A stretch of DNA of 64,000 nt from Lama glama (Eukaryota). The stretch lies in contig CM052817.1 in the NCBI GenBank assembly GCA_028534125.1, forward strand, positions 89,530,001-89,594,000, in the 5' to 3' direction. The notes beneath the pieces are model-generated. The model was not told the origin of the DNA. It searched no databases and saw nothing but the letters and a program-made list of their open reading frames with translations. The first letter of the stretch is position 1. Every line of letters starts with the position of its first letter. Shown one piece after another: positions 52,400 through 64,000 of this stretch. The position numbers and the translations under genes are program-made.

Positions 52400-53220
52400 A
52401 AAACAATCCACCAAGTATTCCCTTTCTCCTTCTCTTGCGTCAATAAAGTCCATTTGCTAAATGGCATCAATAATGTTTCTTCTATAAGTCATATAGTATC
52501 ACTTTTCTGCTCAAAAACCTTCCATGGCTTCTCTACTCACTAATTCCCTACTGACTCATTAAGCCTAGAATTTAACAATGGCATAAACCAGGTTCTAGCA
52601 AACTTTTCTGTAAAGGTCAATAAGTAAATCTTTTCAGCTTTGTAGGCATAAGCATAACATGCAAACTAATCAGCTCTGCTGCTGTAAGGTGAAAACAGCC
52701 ATAGACAATGTGAACAAATGAATAGGTATGTCTATGTTCCCAAAAAACTTGTTACAAAAGAAGGTTGTGGGCAGAATCTGACAGGTCTGCAAACCCCTGG
52801 CTTAAAAATCTAGTTCCTTCTTTGATCTTAGAACCTAACTCATTTCCTTCATTCACTTCACCCTTTCCCTGAAACCAGCCAGACACTATTCAACCCCAGG
52901 TCCTTTGTACCTGCTGTCCCTTCCTCCTGGGATGATCATTCTCCAGATAGCTACAAGTCTCACTCCCTCACTTTCATCCATTCAAGAGTCTCCTTAGTAC
53001 AAATGCTTTTACTTACTGGCCTCATTCTATTTCCTTACTCTGCTTTATTTTACTTCATAGCACTCATCACAACCTGATTTTTTTTTCATTGTAACTACAC
53101 CCTCTTTACTAAAAGTAAGTTACATAAGAGAAGGATCTATCTGTTTTATTCATTGCTGAATGTCTAAGACCAAGCACCTAGTTGTCTTTCAGAAAGTATT
53201 GTAGAATAAACAATTAAATT
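52400..53220 (+). mobile_element. L2 3' region interrupted by MER58
   Basis: ctgctcaaaaaccttccatggcttc; ccccaggtcctttgtacctgctgtcccttcctcctgg; ctgttttattcattgctgaatgtctaag. Confidence 0.7.
52589..52799 (+). mobile_element. MER58A hAT-Charlie element
   Basis: cagg...gcaaacttttctgtaaagg ... cagccatagacaatg ... tgcaaacccctg; degenerate 8-bp TSD gcataaac/gcttaaaa. Confidence 0.8.
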
Positions 53221-53679
53221 AATAATGTAACATCTGCATCTAATATTACATTGACATATACATCACAATTTATGAACTATTAATAGTTTTTGTATTTTTT
53301 AGTTAACTATTGTTTCTTTTTTTGGCAAGATTCCACGTTACTGAATAACTTGATTTACCTTACTGTTGGCTGCAAATATGTCTTTGAATTACTCTTTATT
53401 TCAGGAAGTAAATTTTTTGAGATTGTCTATGACTAGCTATAAAAATTTGAATCAGATTTGTTTTACTCAAAACTCTATGGAAATGGATTCACTGTCTTTG
53501 GCACTTATTTTTGTAATTCTCATGTCTACCTTCTCAGGCACCAAGTTGTTGTTTTCTTTCTTTTTTTGTAGCTTTTTAAAATGTATTTCTGCATGAATAA
53601 GTGTAGTTTTTGTTGTTGTTGTTGTTATTCTTGAAGTGCAGTTACTTTTCTAAGATGTGGGTCTCTTCAACAATAGAGT

Positions 53680-53870
53680 TTGGTATAGAGGTGATTAGAG
53701 TGAAGGACTTAGGGAAAAGCTCTGTGGGTTTGAATCCAGGCTCTAACTTTCATCCTGCACTTCAATTTCTGCTTCTGCAAAGTGCTGATAACAGTATTCC
53801 TTTAATAAGGTTTAATAGGGTTAACAAGTTGTGAATATTAAGTGAGTGTATTGATACAGAGCCCTTTGGA
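53680..53870 (+). mobile_element. MIR SINE
   Basis: gtgggtttgaatccaggctct...cttcaatttctgcttctgcaaagtgctgataacagta. Confidence 0.55.
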
Positions 53871-53888
53871 AATTAATCATAATTATTA

Positions 53889-54192
53889 CAGGCATATCTT
53901 GCTTTATTATTCTTTACTTTGTTGTGCTTCACAGATATTGTGTGCTTTGCAAAGTAAAGGTTTGTGGCAACCCTGTGTTGTCAGATGATGGTTAGTATTT
54001 TTTAGCCATAAATTATTTTTTAATTAACGTATGTACATTTTAGAACATAATGCTGTTGTACACTTAATAGACTACAATATGCTGTAAACATAACTTTTTA
54101 ATGCACTGGGAAATCAGAAAAACTCAAGTGATTCACTTTGTTGAGATCTGCAGTGGTCTGGAACTGAACTTGAAATATCTCAGTTATGCCTG
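53889..54192 (+). mobile_element. Internally deleted Tigger1 derivative (MITE-like)
   Basis: TA|caggcata ... tatgcctg|TA terminal inverted repeats with TA TSD; Tigger1 5' (gaggtttgtggcaaccctg-like) and 3' (tcagatgatggttag, cacttaatagactaca) segments fused. Confidence 0.85.
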
Positions 54193-57100
54193 TAGTTCAA
54201 TGTCAGTTATCATCATCATCATCATCATCACTACTATATTGTGAATGCTTGTACAAAAAGAAATTTTCTTCAACTTTTAAAAAAAATCTTGTATTTATTT
54301 ATCACCTGGCATGGATGTAGCATTACTTTTCTGCAATTTTTCATCCTGGTTTCTGTTTCTACTACTACTAAAATTGTTAATATTTCACGTATGTTTATTT
54401 CTCTCATTATTTTAATTTTTGCCACTATCATTTATTTTTAATTATATGGGAACTTTTTGTGCTTCTTTATTATTTTAGTGCTGATTTTTTATATTTGAAT
54501 AACTCAATCTGATATATTTATATTTTTAAAATCAGAAATCTTCTTCCAAATTCAACAAAATTGAAGTCAACAAGTATTTGCTGAGTTCCTACTGTGTGAT
54601 ACATATTATCTCAGGAGCCCTAATCCTTTTCTGAACTCAGATTCATCTCTCTTTGTGTCTGCAACCTCTATTTCCTGTATAAAGCATGCTCTTGATTTCT
54701 GACTTAAGAATAAAATCTGTGAAAAGGGGATTATAATATAATTTATTATAGTAATAAAATGTTAATATTTGTAATGCCTTTCGAAGAGCACCTGGCAAAG
54801 AGTGAGTTGTTTTGGAAGTAATATTAAATTTAATAAATAAAAATACAAATTAACAAAATTATACATTTTCTATAGGTTTTCTTGAATCATTATAATTCTT
54901 TGTCATAGGGAGACATGTTTGTTTCTTCATACTGTGCTCTTTCCTCTGAATTGCAAAAATTGTTTTCGTGTCAGATAATATTTTCCTTTGTTCCATGTTC
55001 AACAGGAAGAGAAATTGACTTCCATATTATGAATTGAGGAGGATCTGCCAGAGATTATTGGAAACACTCACGTCTTCTTTCAAGTTGAAATGAAGGAGAA
55101 CACTTAAATTTCCTGCAGTCTATTTGGTTGTTAGAGAGATATGACAATAGGCAAGATATTGAGAGAAGACAGGAGACGTTGGGTGATTTTCCTTTGCTGT
55201 GGAAGCATCTGGACTCTAGCTGGAGCCAACTAGTTATCACCTGGCATGGATATAGTAGCCGAATAGCAGCAGGGTCAGTGCACAGTCACTTTGCCTGTGA
55301 CTGATACTTTCCCTTTGTCAGATACCAGCTTTAAGCCACAGCCCACAGTTACGAGCACAGCAGGATTTCTATGCAATAAGGCCTCACAAGTGTCAGAGAA
55401 ATACTACTGGAAAAGCTACTGATTTCCCAGATGCAATCTAGTCCTTACTCCTTCAAATCATGAGTTCCATTCTCAAATTACAAGTGCTTTGTGGCAGGTC
55501 ATGTGCCACATTTTTCCCTTCATTCATCTGTTTTTACCTGTACTTTGCTGGCAGACATGTCTTTATACTTTTGACATGTATATACAAGGTTTTTTGTGTG
55601 TGTGTCTGTGGTTTCCAATGCTATTCTTTTTCCTGTTTCATAGCCATTTGAGTATTTAAAGATGAATCTGGGCTGTGGGCAACTTTGGAACATTTCATAT
55701 CACAAGTTTGATTCTTACTAGTATCAAAGTAACATTTTAAGGAATGTCACTGCACTTCACCATACTCATAAATGTGATACAACAAAGAATGATTTCTACA
55801 TATAAATGGAACCAATTACTGAAGAACGACAGGAATTTAGGACAAAACTTTCCCTAAAACACAACCTCATATATATTCACCTTGCACAGATTTTGTTGTG
55901 TTTGTTTCATGTATTACCATGTGTTTATATGAATCTTAGAAGCATAGTTCTGTCCAGTTTAAATGAAAGCAAAGCTTCAAGTGCAGTATCTCAATTATAA
56001 ATGTTATGGGCCTGCTGTTTGAGAGGGCTTTTCTCCAGAGATTACAAATAGAATGAAGTACATCCAACTAAGCACCAGATTGACAAGAATTTTCCTTTAT
56101 GCTTACCAGCAACCTTCAGCTAACTCATTCAGAATTAGAGATTCAAGGACTCTCAGTGACAGCAGGACTCCACTTTCTACTCATTCTGGCATTTCTATCT
56201 CAGCATAATGAAAATACTGAAATTCCTATTCTATTAAAGAGTGTGTGTGTGTGTGTAGTGAAAGTAACAGAAAAAGGAAAGAAAATATGTTACTGCCCAT
56301 TTTTCTCTGCATCCGAAGAGATTTTTAAAATTTTCTTTTCTGAACATGTTATCTACAACTACATAACTCAAAACCCAATTAAGAGCTATCTTCTTCATGA
56401 TAATGATTTAGTGTTTACGTGAAAGGAATTTACATAAAAATGTACATATACACATATGTTAAAATAAGCCAGTTATTACTGAACATATACATATTTAATA
56501 ATGTATTGACATAATATAGATAATATAATAATATATATAATCTGAAATTAGGATAGTGTGACTTATAATAAAAGAAGAAAGTGACCAAACCAATACAAAA
56601 TCTTTCCAGAGAGCAACAGTTTATCTTTGCAAATTTATAAAAATACACTCTTAAAAGATAAAACGATTAATTTGTCTGTCTACCACTTAGCAAAGATGAA
56701 TACTCAATATAAATAGACAATTTTTTGACAGCTGGGATAATGTGCCTTAATGGTTCATTGACAGCAGACTGGTTTTGACCATCTGCATATTTATTTCCAT
56801 TTCTGTAGCAGTCCAGCTGCAAGTGTTACCGCACTTGATAATGCTTTCAATTAGAACTGCACTCTTAATGGATATTGTTATTTTCATAACCGTCCTCCCA
56901 TGGGTTTCATTCCAAGTATGCAACAATAAAAATATATAAGAGATACAGTTAACAGTCAGTAATTTTATGTCTAATTTCGCTATAGGAGTGGCAAATATTG
57001 ATAGATTTTAGCAAATGTATGGCTTTGTACTAATTCAGTGTATCTCAAGTTTACCCCCTAGTGGTTTTGTGAACAGTTCTTTATCACTCTTATAAGTTAA

Positions 57101-58139
57101 AATATATTTTAATCTGATACATTTTACATGAAAGAACCAGGTCATGTATATTAGTAGACACCTAAAGATCCATTCCTACTTATTTTCCTTTATTTTGTGA
57201 TTAATTCCTGCTTTCTTAATCAGCTCTCCCTTTAATATTATAGAGAAACACTATGGCTCTCCATGAAGTAAGATGAAAGCTAAATTACAATTCACTTTTT
57301 CCTTATGGCCTCAAATGATAAAGGTGCTTTAGAAATCTGAGACATGCTGAGATTTAAACAAAAGCAAGAAGAGGCTTAAATCATGCTCTCAACAGAAAAT
57401 TACCTTACCTGCAGGCAGGTAAGGTGGACCAATTAAAACATTCCAAGTCATTCCCAGTGGTTCTTTAAATCAGATGTTAATTATCACTAGACTCACTGGG
57501 GAATGAATAGTCTTTCTGTGTATCAAGACCTGCTTCAGCCTTAATCTGACTTTGTCAAAATAACCTTTGTCTGTCACAAATCTTTAACTTCTAAGGTTGA
57601 TTAAGCTCTAATATATAACAATGGTGAACTAACTTTATTTTAGAAACCCTTTGATAGTCGCACTAACTAAATTCTTGTCCAGGATACATCTACCAGTTAA
57701 ATACTTTCAAATTAATCCTCAGAGATAATCTTGAGCCAGTTGGAATTTTTTTTTTATTATGTAGAGTCAATATTATTATAATTGTCTTAATCATTGCACA
57801 AGAGAAACTGCTTTTTAATAGCTCATTTTGTTTCATTTAAAAATAAGAAAATAAAAAAATGAAACTATCTTACATGTGACAAATAGTATGGTTTTAATGT
57901 ATTACTTGAAGAAAAAGAATTTGGCTAATTGGTGGGTAAATGTGTTTGCCTAACAACCCTGAACTAAGACCTCTGTTGGAGTATAACATACACACAGAGC
58001 AGCTATATTACCTTCCTTTGGATCCTTACATCCCCACCATTTCTTTTTAAATCAGGAAAATATATTTCCCATAATATATTCATTTCTTGACCATTATATA
58101 TTTTGTGATGGAAATTTTTTAATCAGACTGCTGAGCTTG

Positions 58140-58365
58140 GTGCTATAATTTAAAAGGTACATGAAACAAAACTGGGTTTGAGTGCTGGCCTTTTCTTTTA
58201 CCAGGTACATGGCCTTTGGTAAACGACTTACATGAGTCTCAAACTCCTCACCCTTAAAAAGTGGATAATAACTTGAGTGTGCAGGGTCTGTTGAAAGGAT
58301 TCAAATTTAATGTGATGCACTTAACACAGTGCCTGGCAAAAACTGAATGTGTGTTAATATGCCTT
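58140..58365 (+). mobile_element. MIR SINE
   Basis: ctgggtttgagtgctggc...gatgcacttaacacagtgcctggca. Confidence 0.6.
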
Positions 58366-61300
58366 ATCATTCTTCTTATCATTAGAATTATTCTGTTAGA
58401 GTGTTTCAAATTATCTGATCACTTCTACATTAAGAATCCTACATAGCCATGGAAACTTATTATGTTCTGCTGTAATACTATTTTATATTTGGGGACATAA
58501 TAAAGAATTAATGCCTCTTGTATATTTTAAATGTTGCAGCTTCAAAGGAATCCAGAATATTGTGTTGAAAGTTGTTTTCTGCAAATCAATCTATGCTGAA
58601 GAGTGCAGTTTAATTGTAAGCACATGGTGAACGTGGGCACATGGAGAACTGTCTCATTTGTGTCTTTCTGTCTGCCAAATCATACAGAACCTACTAAAAT
58701 AACTTAAGTGGAGAATGAGCCAATTCTTTGAGATACAGTGGAGAAATGCAAGACCAGAAATAAGCAGTAGTATAGCACAATCTCTTGAGAAAAGTGACAT
58801 TTCCAAGTCTGGGCTAAATTTCATCAGTTCCCTAAGATGCAAGCCAGGAAGTGATTAGTATGTAACTCTGTATATGGCCTAGTTAGAGTTTCTCTCTCAA
58901 CTCTCAGTTATATAATTTCAGTTTCCCCCAAATCTCAAAAGGTTCAGTTTTCTGGAAAATTAGAGTGACTGTAAAAGTGCATGAGCAATAGAAATTGAAA
59001 TAGTGGTGTTTTTGAAAGTTTCACTAGATCATGAGGTGAGTGGAGACAACAGAAGCTGAGGTCAACAAAACAAGTGCCCCCATCTGGCAGATACTGCAGG
59101 CAAGAGACTGACGTGGTCTAAAGCTAAAGTATATACTTCAAGTAAAATAAACAGTCATGTTATGCTTAAAGATGGATACTTAACACAATAAGATGAAAAC
59201 AGATTTATGGTGAGAGCCATTTTGCATCAAAGAAGCTAAACTCAGATCATCACCATATGCAAGTATAATACCAGTTACCAAAAGTTTGTTCAATTTTTAT
59301 AACCCACTAGAAAATTACAGAAACAGTCAGTGATTCCCCACAGTAATTGTAATCACCTGTGCTGTGTATAATGTTGTTCTGATAACATCAATTGCTTAAA
59401 ATTGATAATAGTTCCACCCTAGATTTACACAGCCTATTATGTGTCTCTTTCATTTGTCACACCAGATTAGATTTCTGGCCCGTCTAGTTAGGCAGACTGC
59501 CTCTGCCAGTGACCAATACAAGCAATGTTTCAATGTGACAAAAAGGGAATACAATGTTATAAGAAGTGAAACAAATTAGCACATCACTGTGTATGCTTCC
59601 TGGAATACTAGCATGCAGTCATACACCCTAGGTTTCGCAATGTATGTGATACAAATACATAATCTGATACAGATACATATGACACATTTTGACATAAAAA
59701 TCATTAAGGACATTTAAAACATCTTTCAGGACAATTTATTTATATCACTGAGAATATCAGTTAAAATTACTGTCATATTCACTGGTTTAAAAGGAAAAAA
59801 ACCTTGATTGTCTTAATAAAGTGAATGCATTGACTTATAGGATTGAAATGTTTAGAGTTAAGGCAGTACTCAGGCAGTTGTGCTTACTGGGCTCTAGTTC
59901 TTTACCAGTGTCGCTGTGTCTTCAGGCTAGCTTTCCTCACAGTATCTTGAAGGCTCCCAATAGTTCCTGGGGGCATTTTTTTAACATAAAAAGTAATAGA
60001 AGCTACCCTGTTCTATCACCAGACAACAAAAGTCCTACATTTACTCTAATTTTGTCATCGTAGGCCACATGCATTAGAAAAGAACATCTATTTTCTTGGT
60101 TTCCCATTTCTTTCAGGAGACTTTTGCAAAAATAGCCTTTCTGGCCATTCTTTCCACATTTCCTCTCTCACTGTAATTGGAGAAGGCACATCCTGTCTAA
60201 TTGGGGAGGCGCTAAGGTCTTCCATTCTATAGCAAATTCTTCCTGGGAGAAGGTATTGTTTCCTATACTCTTGTGACTTCCTGTACTTACACTGTTACAG
60301 CAAATACTGCAGTCTCCTCTGGGGTTTTCTCTCTTTCTTGGCTGCAAACTTCTCCACAGCAAGGATGAACTATTTATTGCTATGTCTACAGCCTGTTGTA
60401 TAGTGCCAATTCATTGTAGATACTCAATATGTGGTGGATGATGAATACATTAAACTGAAATTTAATTAAATATTATAACATGTCTTAGATTTGCCTCTAT
60501 GAATTCATATTGCATTTCTTTGCTGTGAATCATTCATTCATTTAACTTTCTTCAGTTTCAACTTGCTATGTGTTATTCTTATCTCTTGGGGAAGAAGTAT
60601 CGCAGTATCATAAGAATCTTTACTCATTTAAGCTTCCTTTAAAGATACCTGCTTGAAGGCTGCTGAATTGGTTATTTGAGGACAAAGGAAAAGCCAGATG
60701 TTCTCATGTAGGGTATCTTGTTGACAGAGGAGATATCCAGTTCCTGCATAATTACTGAATGAGACTACACTATTAATCATTGTGTCTATCTATTTATCAG
60801 CTCTCTATCGGTATCCTGGATAATTTATTCATACTTCAGTTAATAAAGTCTAATCATCAGTATTACTTGTGGATTTCAAATTAAAGTAGAATTAATTCTG
60901 GGAAGAAGAGTACAGAGTCAACGTGGGAGAATGAATTCACAATCAAATGCTTGAGAAGCCTCTTGATTGGTTAAGGGACATGCCCTGAGCTATATCATCC
61001 AAATTTTGAAGTTCTGGTCTAATATTACAGGTAGCCGTATAGCTTGTACCACCTCTTACAGGTAGCTTTGCTGCAGTTTTCCAATAATATGGAAAGAGAG
61101 TGAAAAATTCTGTTTCCCTTTCTACTATGTACCTTTGATCCCCGTCTCTAAAACTGGTAGGACCAGGACACATTTATTGACCACTTGTTATTTGCTTCCC
61201 TAAGGAACAATACACATATTTTATCTCATGGACATACGTCAAAGATCATTAGGCTTCTAAACTGAGATATACCTCTCTTTATAGCCTTCTTACTGCATGT

Positions 61301-63156
61301 TTCCCTTTGAGAAAGCAATGGTCAAAGAAAAGGTAAAATGTAACATTACTTGCATCATGTATCTTTAACATTAGACCCCTGCTTGGACTCTGTTGGGCTG
61401 GGGAGTAAGATTGGGGATAGGGGAAGGCAGAAAACTCTCTGCACATGAAGAACATGTCTTAACTATTAAATTTTGTTCAGTGTTAGGCAACAGTAAAAAG
61501 TAGCTGGCTTTTCAGATTTGGGGGAAGGTGGTCTTTGCAGCATTCTAGAGTGCCAGAATGCCATCATTCTAGAGTGCCAGAGTGCCAGAATTCTAGTAAG
61601 ACACAGATCATATATTTATGGCATTTTTTGTCTAGTGAATACTAAATATTTGTATAGCTGAATGGTATACTTAACATTATTTGTCATGTGTGGGTTTATT
61701 TATTTATGTTTTGTTCACCTTGTCTTCAGCAAAGAAGATGCCACTTCACTGAGGGTATCTTTTTTTTTTTTTTAAAGAGAAATAAAAGAGAACACTATGA
61801 AAAAATAATAGGTAGCTTACTTAAGAATTACAAATTTAGGTTTGCATTCTTAAATTCAGGAAAAGGCAATATAATCAGACATTTGTTTTATGAAAGTCTA
61901 AAAGAAAAAGCTGCCAAATATTTAGAAGTAAATACTTGGGGAGTAGAAAAAGTTGAGCAGTTCTTAGCCTATGAGGTGATAAACACCAGAATCTCTCTTG
62001 AACCTACCCCTTTGAAAGCTCTCTGTATTTTCAAACTAAAGTATCCAAGTATTGAGAGCCATAATCTTTGGGAATTCAAATACTTGGCATACTTTTCTCA
62101 CCAAAGCAACAAGAGAGAGAGATCATCTTCTTTGGAAGAACACAGTGGGATGTGCAGCCACACAGACAAGAGATTCGTAAAATAATTCAAAAAATACAGG
62201 ACCAGCATCATGTATTTCCACATAGTTGAGCTGTGAAGCAACATACCCAAAGGTGGAAGGAATAGATATAGTAAGCTGATCCTACTAACATAATCCTGTA
62301 GCTTAGAATTGGAAATTGGACATTTTAGACTATAACTTTTGCCAAGGTCTTTGAAAAATTCATGGAGAAAATACTGTACTTCCTGATACTATGGATAATG
62401 ACATTTGGAGCAATAAGACATTAGCATACTGTTTTAGTGGAACACTTTATTCTGATAATTAAGACATTGTGCCTTCTAAGTAGTTACCTGAATATTAATA
62501 TCCTACAGTCTCCTTGTTAGTTTGAACGGACTCGTTCTCTAGAGTTCTTATAACATCCAGTACATCATTTTATTGTAGCTCTTCTCATATTATATTAGAA
62601 GACATTGTTTGTCTATATGCATCTGATAATGAGGCATGTCTTACTTGATATGAATCCTCAGTACCTACTATGGTTTTTAGTTTTTTTAATTTTTTTTACT
62701 ATGGTTTTTAGCACACAGTAAGAATTAATTATTTTTTCTGGAATGCTTGACTTAACAACCAGATTTCTAAAAGTCTGTAAACAAGAGAAAACTCTCAGCT
62801 ATCTTCCAATCTGACTGAAACTTGTTTAACTGCAATTGGAAACCAAAAAAAAGAATAAAACCCAAACTAAAAACAAAACAATACCTAGTTATTTTGCCTT
62901 GCTTTCCTCCAATTAAGTGTGAACCCTAATCCTTACATATACAAGAAGAAACACCTAAAGAAAGTAGCAAAATTTACCTGAATAGAAAAAAGGAAAATGT
63001 ACTTATTAAATCTCCTTTACTGTTTCACAATGATTTTATGATGGCTGGTGTTCCCAGAAAAAAAAGTGATGCTGACATACACACACACAAAATATATTGC
63101 TTTATATAAATTTTATTCAAGTAGACTGTTATTCATCATCTATATATTTTTAGCAT

Positions 63157-63370
63157 CTAGGATAGGAATCTATGGCCCTTGGGTCGAATCTAGCCTTCAG
63201 CCTGTTTTGTAAATAAAGTTTTATTGGAACACATTCACCCCATTCTTTTACATACGTCTGCTTTTAAACTACCATGACAGAACTGAGTAGTTACATTAGA
63301 GACCAATGATTTGCAAAGCCTAAATTATTTACTAGCTGCTTCTTTATAATAAAAAGTTTGTTAAGCCCTA
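63157..63370 (-). mobile_element. MER58-type hAT element
   Basis: ctatggcccttgggtcgaatctagcc...gttttgtaaataaagttttattggaacac...gcaaagcctaaattatttact. Confidence 0.8.
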
Positions 63371-64000
63371 TTAAGATATAAACCCACTCAAAGTTCCATC
63401 CCTTAGCAAATTTTTAATATCTTTCATAAAGTTCTTAAATTTTATATGGTCTTGCATAGTTTTATAATTAAAACCAGTTGTATCAACAGTACTGCTCCAA
63501 GTTGTCATCTTAATTTACATTTCCAAAGCATTTTTAATATATTATAGACTAAGGCTTTTTTGTGTTGTTATAGAAATCTTGATGATTTGAACAAACAAGT
63601 TATATGTATTTATGCCAACATTTCTTATTTAAATAAATTAGAAACCCAATAAATTTTCTTGGGAAAAGAATGAACTGAGCCTTTTTGATCATTCTTGAAA
63701 AAAAGACATTTAATCTTTATATTAATTTGCTTCAAACTTAAATTTTTAATATTTTCCTTTTTAAGGTTTTTTTTTTTTTTGGTGGGGGGTGTAGAGGGTA
63801 GTCAGTTCAGGAGAGTTACAAATTCCAGTTTCTGACTTGGAATAACAGTAAGACTGCCCTTCCCTAATCGTCTTCCTTTCATTTCCCCTGTTGCTGCCCT
63901 CAGCCTTGGCAAAAGAATCATTTCTGAGATCCACAGGCTTTACTTCCTGAGGAAACAGGCAGAACTGACAGGACTGATTAATAGGAATGACTTTACTACA

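Noticed and set aside
61541..61595. Repeated cattctagagtgccaga units
   Set aside because: Two to three partial local duplications; no spacer-repeat architecture
61688..62185. 165-aa + strand ORF
   Set aside because: GTG start, crosses a poly-T run, no recognisable domain or convincing splice boundaries
1..64000. Prokaryotic-type systems (CRISPR arrays, operons, rRNA)
   Set aside because: The sequence is mammalian repeat-rich DNA; no regularly spaced repeats or dense coding regions were seen

Overview
AT-rich mammalian genomic DNA dominated by interspersed repeats, with no protein-coding gene I can identify. It is most likely camelid (camel/alpaca): it carries a tRNA-Ala-derived vic-1-like SINE and cetartiodactyl-type L1 and LTR sequences, and I saw no Alu, Bov-A, PRE-1 or CAN SINEs. 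Main contents: (1) a decayed minus-strand class I ERV provirus with two LTRs and a younger solo LTR nested inside it (3.3-8.7 kb); (2) many old L1, L2, MIR, MaLR/ERVL LTR and hAT/Tigger fossils; (3) one relatively young L1 (24055-27142) with a full GC-rich 5'UTR, ORF1, 3'UTR, A-tail and a 15-16 bp TSD, but lacking almost all of ORF2. The best leads are this ORF1-only L1, a head-to-head SINE/L1-tail chimera inside a single TSD, a perfect 15-bp inverted repeat in unique DNA, and a few enhancer/CTCF-like or exon-like segments. Repeat family names come from recalled consensus resemblance, not database searches. Boundaries of old repeats are approximate.
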